Source of the DNA: Octopus sinensis
Lineage: Eukaryota
Direction: 5' to 3'
Assembly: GCF_006345805.1 (NCBI RefSeq)
Contig: NC_042997.1
Coordinates: 16,244,001-16,308,000 of the forward strand
Length of the DNA: 64,000 nt
A program made the translations under genes and the position numbers. Numbering within the stretch: the stretch's first letter is position 1; every line of letters begins with the position of its first letter. Shown here piece by piece: positions 41,905-55,553 of this stretch. The notes beneath the pieces were generated by a model. It made no database searches. It saw only the letters and a program-made list of their open reading frames with translations, and had not been told where the DNA came from.

Positions 41905-43200
41905 CTTGGGGGGGACCAAAAATGTAACAAATATTTAGCCATATATGGATATGAACCAAAAAGTTCAGTTCTTGAATTTAGACATGTGGTGGGGGTCTAA
42001 GCTGCTTTTCCAGATGAGTCATCTTTCCATATCACAAATACTGCACTTTCCACTGCCATTGGTGTAGGGCTTACACTTGGCTAAGATCCTCCAATGGATG
42101 TTGTAACTGACACCTTTATCTTATAAGTACCATATATGACTGGATAATTTGGTCATTTTCTTTTATCCCACTGCCTGAAGCTCAGGGTGTTATTGTTGAA
42201 CCTGGCCTTAAAATTCTCCTCTGTAAGGCCCACATATTTCTTTGTCGAAACTGTGTCCTTAGTAGTTATAGAGTCTACGGTGGCTTCATAAATGATGGTC
42301 TCGGACATGCAAGCTCCATTTAGCGGGCACAAATTTTTATCTCTGCATGAACAGCTGGTTTCATTTTGTGGTTTCTGTGTATTGTGTGCGATTATATTTT
42401 AAAATTAGTAGTTGAGCTGAAATTAATTTTTAAGTTATATCTATTGAAGAGCTTTCTGTAACAATGATTGACTGGAAAATGTCTATCTATCAGTGCTAAG
42501 AAATACCTACCTATATTAAAGGTCACTTGGGGGGGAGTGGTGTGTGAACCAGATAGTTTTCCTATTCCTATGTTTCCTTTTCTTTATTATTGGACTTGTG
42601 ACAGGTGTATAGGTTATTTCCTCGCTAAATCCACTATCTTTTAGAGCCTTATTATATACTGGGGCAACGCTATTTAAAATGTCCCTATTGGAGGAAAGGC
42701 TAGAAATTCTTTTGCTAATGATTATAACTAAATTTTTAAACACTATGGAGGGATGGCAGGAACCCACATTAATATAACTAAGTCTATCGTTGGGCTTCCT
42801 ATAAGGTTTATAAATATTCTTATTTAGATCTAAGGATGCACCTAGGAAATTGACAACCGTTAGGTTGGTATCTGTAGTTATGCTAAGACCGAAATTTTCA
42901 TCATTTGAATAATGTCCTTCCTAAACCGATCTTGTGCTGGTCTATTGGTATTTGCGGTTAAAGCTAGGGTATCATCTTTGTAAATGGCGAAATATACTTC
43001 AGGAAAAGTCTTGCCCAACGTCTCGAGTAGGAATAGTCCAATGAGATCGCATATGCCTGCTCCATCATATGACCCCCATGCTCACATCGAAAGCACCCTC
43101 TGTGTTGGTAGTTTTGACCCACTCTGCGTTCTCACTGAAGAGTAGAGTCTTTCTAGCATGGAAAATTATGTCCTTATCTTGTGAACTAATTTCTATAAAT
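41905..43200 (-). pseudogene. Penelope RT + GIY-YIG endonuclease, frameshifted
   Basis: Motifs FDVSMG/SYDGAGICDLIGLFLL, IYKDD, HPSIVFKNL..ISKRISSLSSN, RKTIWF, CSCRDKNLCPLNGAC, KYVGLTEENFKARF, YNIHWRILAKCKPYTNGSGKCSIC. Several frameshifts and stops. Confidence 0.88.
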
Positions 43201-43635
43201 TCGCGTGCGCGCATATACATACACAAGCGCGCACGCACAGCCACGTACATGTGCCTATATGCATATGCTCACTCACACTCGCATGAAACACATACATGCG
43301 CGCCTACACATACGCTAAAGATGCACATATATATGCAACCATGCATGTACACGTATACATATCCACACACACGCGCACAGACACGTGCACATACCCATAC
43401 GCGCACAGTTATATTCAAATACACGTCTACACGCACATGCTATGCATGTTTATGTGTGTACATACGTGCATACGCGATTGCTATAAGCATTTTTACTCCT
43501 TTACTCTTTACTTCCTCCCCTTCGGTTTTTTCCCCTTATTTAACGGTCATTCTAATAGCTCATTTGTCTTAATAATGGTTAATTACACAGTAATTTCCCT
43601 TTGCTTAACGGTTATTTTTATAGCATATTTTGATT

Positions 43636-43703
43636 GCCTCGATAACTGACAAGATGCCGGAGCAGGTTTCCGCCCCGACATCTGAAACTTGGAGTCTTAT
43701 GGC
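43636..43703 (+). ncRNA. Degenerate type-I hammerhead ribozyme in the inverted pseudo-LTR
   Basis: ATAA-CTGAC(A)-AGATG...CATCT-GAAAC-TTGGA-GTC-TTAT. Stems I, II and III can form, with a GUC triplet, but G8 of CUGANGA appears missing. Confidence 0.45.
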
Positions 43704-43799
43704 AACCAAATAATTGTCACATATTATATTACAGATAAATTCCTCTATTTACATAATATCGAGGTTTCTTTCATTCTTTTGTTGTCTTACCATTACTAT

Positions 43800-44418
<619 letters not shown>

Positions 44419-44439
44419 ACTTGAAACTAAACAGCAGTA

Positions 44440-44566
44440 TTATTTCGAAAGAGAAACTACCGGAAGAGAAGCGATGAAGAGGTGTTGGGCCGACCACAAG
44501 GGAAGTAACTCAAACGGTTTCCTCTAACGCGCGAAATAGTGTTAATCGGATTTCGCTGAACCAAAG
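44440..44566 (+). promoter_or_regulatory. Candidate promoter / non-coding first exon of the TIN2-like gene
   Basis: Short CpG-rich unique stretch after a (TA)n/(TG)n block. ETS-like CCGGAAG at 44460-66 and AAAG|GTTTGT donor-like site at 44567. Confidence 0.4.
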
Positions 44567-44627
44567 GTTTGTTTATGTATCTTATATTACACTATCTTTT
44601 TATATAATAGATAGTTTTCCTTCACAG

Positions 44628-44725
44628 ACATTTACATCAAACAATTATTCCATTTCAGTAGATATCTGCATCTATTTATATGGTGGCTGCAATTGAAAAT
44701 ATGACATTTGCTCTGAATGTTCATA
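44628..44725 (+). other. Possible ATG-containing exon (MVAAIENMTFALNVH, ATG at 44680)
   Basis: ttcacAG acceptor and A|GTAAC donor give phase 1, compatible with exon A. The donor is weak and there is no homology support. Confidence 0.25.
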
Positions 44726-45247
44726 GTAACAAACACAAACAGTGTTTAACAATTTACATTGTTAACAGAAAACGTATTTCATTTAAATTGTATGTTTATG
44801 TATTAAGTTTTCATTGTATCCTGGTGATTAGTTCAAATGCAGCAGAATTGTATATTTTACATTTTATTCAAACTTTCGACTATAAAATACATTTCAATTT
44901 GTTCTTAGAGCTTCATATTTTACAAACTTGAAAATCTAATATAATATTAGCGTACATTTCTAAAGGGTAAACTGATTGTTTATTATTATATAGAGATTTT
45001 AAATTACAAATAAATCTGATTGCTAAAATGTGATAAAACCATGAAACATTTCTTAGTCCTATAATCATACAAACCACCGTATGTAATGGGATATACGATG
45101 CACTTTTTATTTCCTAAAAACATCTCAAAAAAATCACCCCAGGCCTTATATAAGGCTCTTTTCCATGAATATGTACTGCGAAAAATTAGGGTGCATCTTT
45201 TAGCCACCAAATATAGTACATTTCTCGCAGATATTTCAAAATTTAGC

Positions 45248-45447
45248 AAGGTGGCGAGCTGGTAGAAATGCTTGGCGGTATTTCATTCGTCTTAATGTTC
45301 TGGAGTTCAAATTCCGCCAGGGTCGACTTCGCCTTTCATCCTTTCGGGGTCGATAAAATAAGTACCAATTGAGCACTGGTAGTCGATGTAATTGTTTTAC
45401 ACCTCCCCCCATAATTGCTGGCTTTGTGCCAAAATTTGAAACCATTA
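45248..45447 (+). mobile_element. SINE family C, intronic
   Basis: Head and core match. Confidence 0.82.
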
Positions 45448-45564
45448 TTTCAGAATTTAGCTACAAGAAAAACATATTTCTTGAAATACTTGCTTTTATT
45501 GTATTCAATTTCTATGCATGTTTGTTATTATTATTACAATTTTTTCTGTAATTAATTATTCCAG

Positions 45565-45693
45565 CAAATAGTAATGACAGGACATCATTAACCAGGACTG
45601 TATGTCTGGAAATTATGAGTGAAGCTTCTACACTTCTGCAGAGTTGGATCTTAGATTATGCATGCCGTCACCGTTTTGAATCCATCATACAAA
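45565..45693 (+). CDS. Coding exon A of TIN2-like gene (N-terminal region; NSNDRTSLTRTVCLEIMSEASTLLQSWILDYACRHRFESIIQ)
   Basis: ttccAG acceptor at 45563-64 and GTGAGT donor at 45694. Open for 129 nt, phase 1-1. Terminal A plus the AT that opens exon B gives AAT in frame. No homology recognised for this peptide itself. Confidence 0.6.
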
Positions 45694-46247
45694 GTGAGTT
45701 TTCTGAAAAACATTTCATATGCTTTAAAAGTCTTATTAAAATTAATAACACAGATCTTTCAAAATAAGACTTTTAAAAAAATCACATTTACAAATCTATT
45801 ATGTTTATGAAACTTTCATATATTTTTACCTGATATATATATCTCTATACATTGAAAATGGTAGAATCTGCAGAGATAACGACAACCAGCTATTGAATGT
45901 AAACTTACTTCATGCCACTTGCACTGTTAAAACCTTTACATCTTTTGATGCCAACCTGCCTGAGAAAACCCTGATTCTGTAATACAAACATCCCTTTTTA
46001 AAGTGATCCAAATTAAAACCTGCCATCAAAATTTCATATTAATTTTTGTTCCAAACTTTGGCTTAATTATAATAATTTTATTTTATTAAATTCTGTATTA
46101 TTTTCAAAGCTAACTGAAACAAAGGCAGTCAGTGTATTTCAAGAAATATAGCAACAAAAGAGTTAAGCCATGGCATGTGCATCATAGCGCTATCATGAGT
46201 CTATTTATTACTGCAATGTTTGAAATAGATACTTAATGCTAACATAT

Positions 46248-46465
46248 TTAACCCTTTCGTTACTTTATTTATTTTGAGATACTCTGTGTTTCTTTCAATT
46301 ACTTTAAATATAACAAAGAATTTAGTAAAATTGCTTAGTTATCATTCAGCTAGTGTTAGGAACATAAATTGTGACACAGGTTTGGAAGATTTTAATTCAA
46401 AAGTTATGAAAATAAGATATTTGGACTCAGAGCCGGTTTCAGCCGGTTGGTAACAAAAGGGTTAA
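46248..46465. mobile_element. TTAA-flanked piggyBac-type MITE (second family)
   Basis: TTAA|CCCTTTCGTTAC ... GTAACAAAAGGG|TTAA. Confidence 0.78.
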
Positions 46466-47160
46466 TATAACAAGCATGAAAACAAAAATCTAATTATAAA
46501 TACTTGAGGAAAAGAAAATATAGAGTAATGACTAATAATACACCAATCATTTTAAAATGTACAGCAGACAATTCTATGTTTCGGTCTTCTTAAGTATAGG
46601 CGTCACCATACATGCTGAAATCGTGATGAGGATATCATGAAAAAACATAGGTGTACAATATTTTACATGAGTAAGCATTTAAAATTAGCACATTTAAAAA
46701 AAATAAATCACTGAGGTTAATTACTCAGAGATGCCATTCATATGAAAAACAGTATTTATAATAGTGTTAACATGTTTAATGCAATGAGTATCACACATCT
46801 AATTAAAAATATTTAATGCAGAGGTGTAAATGTAACATTAGCTTCAGTGGCTAATGATTTTAGCAAGTATGGGAAGCAATGCCAAACATGTTCCAATCTT
46901 ACTAGACCTCTTCAGTCAGTCATAGACATAGTTTTCTAATTGTCTATACCGTTCGTGTCAAGTTCTTAGTCACGCATGCTTCTATATTCTTCCTTCCTAT
47001 ACTTTTTGACAGTAACACCTACTGGAATACACCTAAGATACATTAGACTCCAAAGAAGCTACTAAACTGTTGTTTGGCTTGCTATAAATAGCTGCAAGAT
47101 CTCACTAAAACTGCACCTTACTGTCTTAAAAAAGCAAAGTACACATTAGATAATGTACTC

Positions 47161-47384
47161 TTAACCCTTTAGTATTTAAACCGGCCATATCCGGCCAAAA
47201 TAGTTAATCTGTTTTATGTTCAAACTGACCAGATCCAGGCTCTCACACCTACCCTACAATGTTATTCTACATTAGGTAATTACACCATCAAGATCTTGAA
47301 GATAGATAATGCATGATTAATTCAAATCAATGTGAATCAATAAGCATTATGTTTGATAGAATAATCTGAACGCTAAAGGGTTAA
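47161..47384. mobile_element. TTAA-flanked piggyBac-type MITE (same family as 57437)
   Basis: TTAA|CCCTTTAGT ... GCTAAAGGG|TTAA. Confidence 0.8.
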
Positions 47385-47518
47385 ATAAGTGGCAAGAATT
47401 CCTTTGATTAGAGATCTAGGCTAAGCAACAACACTGAATAGAAGATTTTTCAACTTGCATTACTACATGTTTAATAACACTGGTTTTGTTTTTGTTTTGT
47501 TTTTTGTCTATTCCAAAG

Positions 47519-47730
47519 ATATTAGCAGCCGAAACGATGGTCACCTGGAGTCATTGGCTGTGTGCCATTCACGACTTGCCTGTTCCACCATTTACTTCAT
47601 CGTTCATAAAGAACAGTTCTCATATTTTGACACAGTCATTAAGATTATCGAACAGTTACACAAAGACTTTCCATCCCACATGATCAATAACAATATATAC
47701 AATCGCCTAATTATTGGTTTGAAAATAAGA
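47519..47730 (+). CDS. TINF2: Coding exon B, start of TINF2_N (TIN2 TRFH-like) domain
   Basis: Polypyrimidine tract + AG, GTAAGT donor at 47731. SRLACSTIYFIVHKEQFSYFDTVIKIIEQLHKDFPSHMINNNIYNRLIIGLKIR aligns by eye with human TIN2 [53 protein letters not shown]. Confidence 0.82.
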
Positions 47731-47899
47731 GTAAGTTGATGTTTTTTTGTTTGTTTTCCTTTTTTCTTTTTTTACACTTCCTTAATAGCTGCAAGCATGG
47801 CTGTGCAGTTAAGGGGTTCACTTCTCACATTTACTTTCGAGTTCAGTCCCTTTGCATGGCACTTTGGACTAGTTTTTTTCTCCGTGCTTGGAAATGAGT

Positions 47900-48545
47900 G
47901 AGGTTTGGTTACAGGAAAGGCATCTGGCCATAAAAAATAAGCTACAATGAATTTTTGCACTACATAGAGAGCGCCCATGCCAGTTCCACGTAAAAGGCAC
48001 CCATACTGGTGCCACGTAAAAAGCTCCTGTAGCAGTGCCATATACGAGGCACCCAATACACTGTAAAATAGTTGGTGTTAGGAAGGACATCCAGCCATAC
48101 AAAGACAGACGACTGGTGCTTGGTGCAGCTCTCCAGCTTTCCAGCTCCTGTGAACCCATGCCAACTTGGAAAACAGGTGTCAAATGATGATGATATGCAA
48201 GCATGGAATACTGGATGTTTACCAGTGCCGGTGGCACGTAAGAGAACCATCCGAACGTGTCCGTAGCCAGCGCTGCCCGACTGGCATCCGTGCCGGTGGC
48301 ACGTAAAAAGCACCATCCGATCGTGGCCATTTGCCAGCCTCGTCTGGCACCTGTGTCGGTGGCTCATAAAAAGCACCCACTACACTCACGGAGTGGTTGG
48401 CGTTAGGAAGGGCATCCAGCTGTAGAAACACTGCCAGATCAGACTGGGCCTGGTGCAGCCTTCTGGCTTCTCAGACCCCAGTTGAACCGTCGAACCCATG
48501 CCAGCATGGAAAGCGGACATTAAACGATGATGATGATGGTGTTGA
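47900..48545 (+). mobile_element. Two tandem RTE-type LINE/SINE 3' tails
   Basis: Repeated GTGCCGGTGGCACGTAAAAAGCACC units, GTTGGCGTTAGGAAGGGCATCCAGC and a (GAT)n tail. Related fragments occur near 51400, 54050, 57310/57905, 58750 and 61600. Confidence 0.7.
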
Positions 48546-49143
48546 TGACTTTAAAAAAATGATTTTTCAAATCTTCAAAAGTGTTATTGTATTGACAGAT
48601 TTAGTTGTACTCCTCATTAAAATTCCTGTTTTCCTTTTGTTCTCTTTTCTGCTTTCAAATTGTAGTCAAGTCAGATTTGACTGTTCATTCATGTGCAGCT
48701 GATAAAATTAAGTACTAGCTGCTGGTATTATTGGTTTATTCTAGATCGTCTCTGATCCGATCCAGCAGACAGATCCATAATCAAGAGTGTTCTAGCTCTG
48801 ACCTCCTTCTCATCTTTTATTCAGATATTTTGTATCCAGGACTGCATTATTCACTGTGCTATTTTGTGGTTTTTAAGAGGTAGGATGTGATATGAGGGAG
48901 ATTAGTACATGGAGCAGTTATGTAGAGACTCTTTCATTGAAGTACCAATACTACAAAGTATATGCAAATATGGATGACCAAGTCAATAAGATATTGCACA
49001 GCCTACTGAGAGGTCACCTATTTATGCCCATCTAAATTCTGCAAAAGTTGATGTACAACAAGCTTTCATTTCTCCTCAGTCCATAAAGTAAATACCAATC
49101 ATTTATTCAGGTTATTCTAAATATAAATTAATTCATATTACTA

Positions 49144-49495
49144 GACGCAGGAGTGGTTGTGTGGTAAGTAGCTTGCTTCCCAACCACGTAGTTCCAGGTT
49201 CAGTCCCACTGTGTGGCACCTTGGGCAAGTGTCTTCTACTATAGCCTTGGGCCAACCAAAGCCTTGTAAGTGGATTTGGTAGAGGGAAACTGAAAGAAGC
49301 CTGTTTTGTGTGTCTGTGTTTGTCCCCCAACCATCACTTGACAACCAATGCTGGCGTGTTTACATCCTTGTAACAAAAGAGACCAATAGAATAAGTACTA
49401 GGCTTACAAAGAATAAGTCCTGGGGTCGATTTGCTTGATTAAAGGCGGTGCTCCAGCATGGTTGCAGTCAAATGACTGAAACAGGTAAAAGAATT
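49144..49495 (+). mobile_element. SINE family B, intronic, CpG-eroded
   Basis: Family B match with many CG>TG/CA changes. Confidence 0.87.
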
Positions 49496-50929
49496 ACAGG
49501 ATTACAATTCAAAAGATGTAACTGAAATAACCTTTAAGAGCAGGTAAACTCTGCCTCTCCTATTGATCAGACTACTTTATGACTAAACAAGCCAATGAGA
49601 GACACTCAGCATGGAAGAAATAGCTGCTAAATCTCACTCAGGTCATCCCTTTGTGGGCTTTTAAATAAATTAAATGAGATATTGGATAATACAGTTTCAG
49701 ATAAACATCTCTTTCTCCCTCTCTCTCTCTCTCTCGGTTCAAAGTAATCAACCTCTCTTTCTCAGGAGAAAATTTATTCCACTTAATATTTGCCCACGTA
49801 TTCCACCACCAATGTCCTTGCATTGTGCTGTTTCACTGTAATAGATGGCATGGTCATAGCTAGGATACCTTTGATTAAAAGCAACTAGCCATAATACACC
49901 ATAGAGAAACTGTTATCCTAACTATTGGCTTGGCTTATTCTGTCCTATTTGAAGTGAAATGTAGACTATGTCCCCTACTATGGTAAGGAACAGGGTAAAT
50001 TCATGATGAGTTGTGAGACAATTCATAAAGATACAAGCTTTCTCTATTTAACCAGGAGCTGTTACCTAATGACTGGACTATAGAATAAAAATGTGTAAAT
50101 GAAACTAGACAGTTTTCATGGAATTTGTAGAATATCAAACAAAATACTTTGTGGTATTTATTCTTTTATTATGCTCTAAGTTTTTTAAAGTTCCATCTAG
50201 GTTGAATCGGCCATTTCAAGATAAACTAAGCCCCAGTTTTCAAGTTGCATTGATTCAATCATTAATTTTACATCCATATTTCCATGCCAACATGGGTTAG
50301 ATGAATACGTAACATAGAGATTGTTTTACTTCTTGATTCTTTCCTTTCACAATTCCTTATTTTGTTTTCCAAATAAGGGATTTTTCTTTTATTTCACTTT
50401 CAAAAGTGCAGAAACAGAAGATGGTTTGTAGTCAGGAGATGTCAGCAAACATTACTGTTGTTAGCTCAGTACTTTTATGCAAATCCATGCAATGTAAGCA
50501 TTATAATGACTCGCATATTGTTCCCATCATCAGTGACTAACGACTTTATTAATTTTTTTTTAAATCTGAAAAGTCCAATCACTCTTTTTACAATGAAATT
50601 ATCCCCCTTACATATGTATGTGTTATCTCCCTTCCACTTTATTTTTTTCTCCTATCTAAATCTAATCTGTTCTGCAACATGCATCCTTCCATTTATTATT
50701 TTTGTTGTTAAATGGACTCAGGTCAACCTAACCCAAGACCTGTGATCAAAGATGTTTCAGTCGTGACCATCACGTCTTTTATTAAGACATTGTGCATACG
50801 ATTTCAGCCAACGAGTTCCTTTTATGATAGTAGGCTGTAATTTTGAGGGAGATTTTGCTAGTACTTCAAGCAGTTGTAGATGATGAACCATGTAAATTAA
50901 ATAAGAAAACTAGGGTTGGTTGAAAGAAA

Positions 50930-51313
50930 TCTTTATATATAAAAGAGAGGTTGTGTGCTGTCTGTCTCCTACGATTTAGATTCCTAACTACTCCCACATT
51001 TTGCGGTGCAGTTTAACCAAAACCGGGTATCTTATAGTCGTGATTCATATCGAGCCCTTCTGAGTATTAGCGCGCGTCTACGATGAGTCTACGATTTTTT
51101 TAATATTTACCATCAATTTTTTCCATTTGGCATATATAAGGGAAGTAACTCTAAAAATTTATTATTAAATCTCAACGTAAAAAGCTACAGTAACACCCCC
51201 CCCCCACCTTTGTGGTTAGCCATATTGAGATGGCTATTATACTTTACATCTCTAAAAATGCTTATATAGTTATTTCCCTTACAAACCCAAGCAACGCCGG
51301 GCGATACTGCTAG
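50930..51313 (+). mobile_element. Non-autonomous Helitron (384 bp)
   Basis: A|TCTTTATATATAAA...CCCAAGCAACGCCGGGCGATACTGCTAG|T: 5' TC, 3' CTAG, subterminal hairpin, A/T insertion site, no TSD. Confidence 0.85.
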
Positions 51314-53124
51314 TACCTAATAAGAGGGAAAGAAGTGAGGTACACAACACTTACATTACACTGATTGCTGTTTAAAATAAATCATTTCATTTATTCATCT
51401 TCTTTGTTGTCATTTAATCCATTTTCCAAGCTGGCATGGGTTGGGCGGCTTGACAAAGGTTGCATCAGGTTCCAGTTGTCTGTTTTGGCCTGATTTCTGC
51501 AGCTGGATGCCCTTTCTAATACCAACCACTTTACTGCATAGAATGGGTGCTTTTTATGCAGCACCAGCACCAGAGCTTTTTACATGATACTATCACCAGT
51601 GGTTTTACATAGAACCAGCACCAGAGCTTTTATTGATATTGATATATTTTTAAATCAAGATTTACCTAAATTTAAGCCTGTTTTGCTACCATCCAAATAT
51701 ATTAGAGCCTCAAGATTAAATTCTAATTACTTAAAGTCGTGGTAAATCAGATAGTATGGGTCCACAGTATTAAAAAATTACTTGAAATTTATGGTTTTTG
51801 AAGGGTTATGAGTACACTGATTTGAGTAACATTAAAGGAAATTGAAATTATTATAGTTATTAATTAACCTAAGTAGGTGATTGACTTTTGGTGGTAAACC
51901 AATAATTAAGTACTTGTTCATTGCTATCATCATTGTTTAACATCTGTTTACCATCATGCATATATATGTGTGTTGCTTATGTAAAGGACTCTTAACTTCA
52001 CTTAAACGTTTACTGTTTGTAATATGGTTTGGAAACTTTTGTTGCTTGAAACTGTGACCTGATGTTGACCTGTTTGTCAGTGACCAGGTCTCAGTTTCAA
52101 ATGACAAACATTTTCAACACCATATTACAAATAATAAATATTTAAGTGAGGCTAAGAGTCCTTTACATGTTTCTGAATGGTTAACTTGTGCCTTCCATGC
52201 TCTAATTTGTTTCAAGTTTTTAAGTATTATGATTATCAGTTTTATGTCCATTTTTCTCTCTCTATGTTGGCGAATTGGAAGAGTCATTAGAGCATTGGAC
52301 AGAATGCTTAACAGCGTTTATTCCCTCTCTACCCTAAGTTCAAATCCCACCAAGTTTAACTTTGCCTTTATGGATTAGGGAAACTGCAAGGACAGTGGAC
52401 CAGATGCCTCACAATATTTGTTTCAGCTGTTTACATTCTGGGTGATAGACTTAACTTGTTGCTTAGTTCTACACCAGCACTTGGCACCTCAGTTGCATTC
52501 AGCAAAGTCCATTCTATTGCAATCCAGGCTAGGTTTCCAATTTGAAGATACCTTCCTCCTTCCCCACCACCAGTCTTGGAGGCTTTCCAATGGGTCATGG
52601 GTGCCATGACCCATTTCTCTCAACTAAAAGCTAAAACAATGTGTCTGTAGTACATTTGTCTTCTTATGCTTTTCAGTCCTGAAAGCTGTTGATAACAGCC
52701 CATCCCTCTTTCTCTCTCAAATTACAATGCATTGACTCTTTTTTACTTGTGACCATCTCTATTTGCCCTCTTAGCTACAATCATATAATTATCATCGCTG
52801 CTTCTCTCATATTACTCTTTGCCATCACTATCTTTCTTTCATTAGATCCTCCTCCACTATCATGTTATGTAAAACACTTCATTTCTCACATCATACACCT
52901 GCTTCTTTCGCATCCTCACCCAAGTTCATCTTTGTTAAACTGAAAGTGATAATGTTTAAAAAATACCTGTCATACTGCTAAAAGAGTTTTAGCCACATTA
53001 ATTTCAGTTAAGAATTGTGATATTCATAGATTGGAAATCATGAGGTTCAGCTTACTTACAATGATATAAAACTTACATAATAATAATAATAATTTACATA
53101 AATCATGTATGCATGCCTATATAT

Positions 53125-53356
53125 ATTTCTTTACTACCCACAAGGGGCTAAACGCAGAGGGGACAAACGAGGACAGACAAACGGATTAAGTCGATTATAT
53201 CGACCCCAGTGCGTAACTGGTACTTAATTTATCGACCCTGAAAGGATGAAAGGCAAAGTTGACCACGGCGGAATTTGAACCCAGAACGTAACAGCAGACG
53301 AAATACGGCTACGCATTTCGCCCGGCGTGCTAACGTTTCTGCCAGCTCGCCGCCTT
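53125..53356 (-). mobile_element. SINE family C, full length
   Basis: Full-length match with CpGs intact. Confidence 0.9.
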
Positions 53357-53551
53357 TATACATGACATGCACCTACATGCATGAGAATACATACATAGAG
53401 CATAGAATTTTCACATGCACTAACTCTAAATACTGCACAAAAGCCCTGTTGATGTTGAAATTCCAATGAAGGAGCCTTGGATCTAGGTTAGAAAAACGGC
53501 TCTTTCTCTACTGGCTAGGAATCTTGAAATAAAACTAAATAATAACATATA

Positions 53552-53718
53552 GGTGCAGGAGTGGCTGTGTGGTAAGTAGCTTGCTTACCAACCACATGGT
53601 TCCGGGTTCATTCCAACTGTGTGGCACCTTGGGCAAGTGTCTTCTATTATATAGCCTCAGGCCGACCAAAGCCTTGTGAGTGGATTTGGTTGACGGAAAC
53701 TGAAAGAAGCCCGTTGTA

Positions 53719-53756
<38 letters not shown>

Positions 53757-53960
53757 TGTGTATATGTTTGTGTGTCTGTGTTTGTCCCCCCCAACATCGC
53801 TTGACAACCGATGCTGGTGTGTTTAGGTCCCCGTAACTTAGCGGTTCGGCAAAAGAGACCGATAAAATAAGTACTGGGCTTACAAAGAATAAGTCCTAGA
53901 GTTAATTTGCTCAACTAAAGGTGGTGCTCCAGCATGGCCGCAGTCTAATGACTGAAACAA
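53552..53960 (+). mobile_element. SINE family B, intronic
   Basis: Full-length match. Confidence 0.9.
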
Positions 53961-54112
53961 CAATGTGTGCATATACAGATGTGCACACATACATATGTAC
54001 AGACACAGAAGTGTGGTGCAGTCTTCTGTCTGGCCAGCTCCTGTCAAATCACCCAACACGTGTTAGCATTGAAGGTGGATGTTAAATGGTGATGGTGTAT
54101 GTACAGACAATA

Positions 54113-54520
54113 GGCGCAGGAGTGGCTGTGTGGTAAGTAGCTTGCTAACCAACCGCATAGTTCCGGGTTCAGTCCCACTGCGTGGCATCTTGGGCAAGTG
54201 TCTTCTGCTATAGCCCCGGGCCGACCAATGCCTTGCGAGTGGATTTGGTAGACGGAAACTGAAAGAAGCCTGTCGTGTATATGTATATATATATAAGTGC
54301 GTGTGTATATGTTTGTGTGTCTGTTTGTCCCCCTAGCATTGCTTGACAACCGATGCTGGTGTGTTTATGTCCCCGTCACTTATCGGTTCGGCAAAAGAGA
54401 CCGATAGAATAAGTACTGGGCTTACAAAGAATAAGTCCCGGGGTCGATTTGCTCGACTAAAGGCGGTGCTCCAGCATGGCCGCAGTCAAATGACTGAAAC
54501 AAGTAAAAGAGTAAAGAGTA
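54113..54520 (+). mobile_element. SINE family B, young subfamily, intronic
   Basis: Full length, CpGs mostly intact. Confidence 0.92.
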
Positions 54521-54854
54521 ATTCCACTTTGTACAATCTGACTACCACATACATACGATATATTCCAAAAGTGAAAATGGACCAGCACATTACATTGTGA
54601 TTTTAACTTTATGCCCCTGGGTCAACCAGAGCCTTGTAAGTGTATTTGATATGAAAGGAGAAGCCTGTTTTGTGTGTGTATGTGTGTGTGCTTGCATTTG
54701 CACTTATGTATAAATCAGTGATGACATTGTTGTCATTTCTCAAGCCAACAAATCATCTGCTAGCTTTGTCCTTTCAAAAGACCTGTGTAATAAGATATCC
54801 TTTATTTGATAATCAAGTCAGGGTTAGCACTAGGAAGGGCATCCATCTGTGAAA

Positions 54855-55095
54855 CAAACTGCCGGCATCAGTTGTTAGTTGTCGGAGCACTGCATCCTTC
54901 AAAACTTCCATGCTTCCTGAGATTCGCCAACACTACACCTGATTTTCTCCCCTCCATACACACACAAGCATGTATCTGACTCATACATTGTTCGCGTTCC
55001 AGACATTTTTACATTACTGCATGTACTTTATATGCACTTTCTGACAAGTTGTGGTGCACCTGAGCACTGTATACAATAATTTCATCATTATTTTT
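54855..55095 (+). mobile_element. 3' UTR fragment of the same CR1-type LINE
   Basis: Similar to 37985-38225 (CATCAGTTGTTAGTTG..TTCGCCAACACTACACCTGAT..CACCTGAGCACT). Confidence 0.75.
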
Positions 55096-55490
55096 TTTTT
55101 ATATTTGTCTAACCTATGCAAGTATGGAAAACGGTTACAACCGAACGTAATAGTAGTCTTCCCTTACTACTACAACTGTCCACTTCGTGTATTACTCATT
55201 GAAATTAGTGATATTATAAGCTATTCTAACTTCTTTAATTTAACAAAAAAATTATCACTTAGGTTAATTATTCGTAGATGCTGCCTTTATGAAAAATGAT
55301 TATTAAGATAGCATTAACATAATGAGTAGATGAAACAGGGACAACTGAAGAAGAGGAATATTCTTTATGTTGTATGTCCGTGTTTCTCTGTTTTTTTCGT
55401 TGTTCGAAAAAAGTTCGTTTCCATGTTTTTGTTTTCGTTTCACATTGTTCAACTTTTTTTTTTTGACCCATATATGCATGTGTGTGTATG

Positions 55491-55536
<46 letters not shown>

Positions 55537-55553
55537 TATGTACATATATGTAT

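Noticed and set aside
51659-51741. Open frame DLPKFKPVLLPSKYIRASRL.. as an extra exon
   Set aside because: Weak acceptor, phase incompatible with exons B and C, and not needed for the domain alignment.
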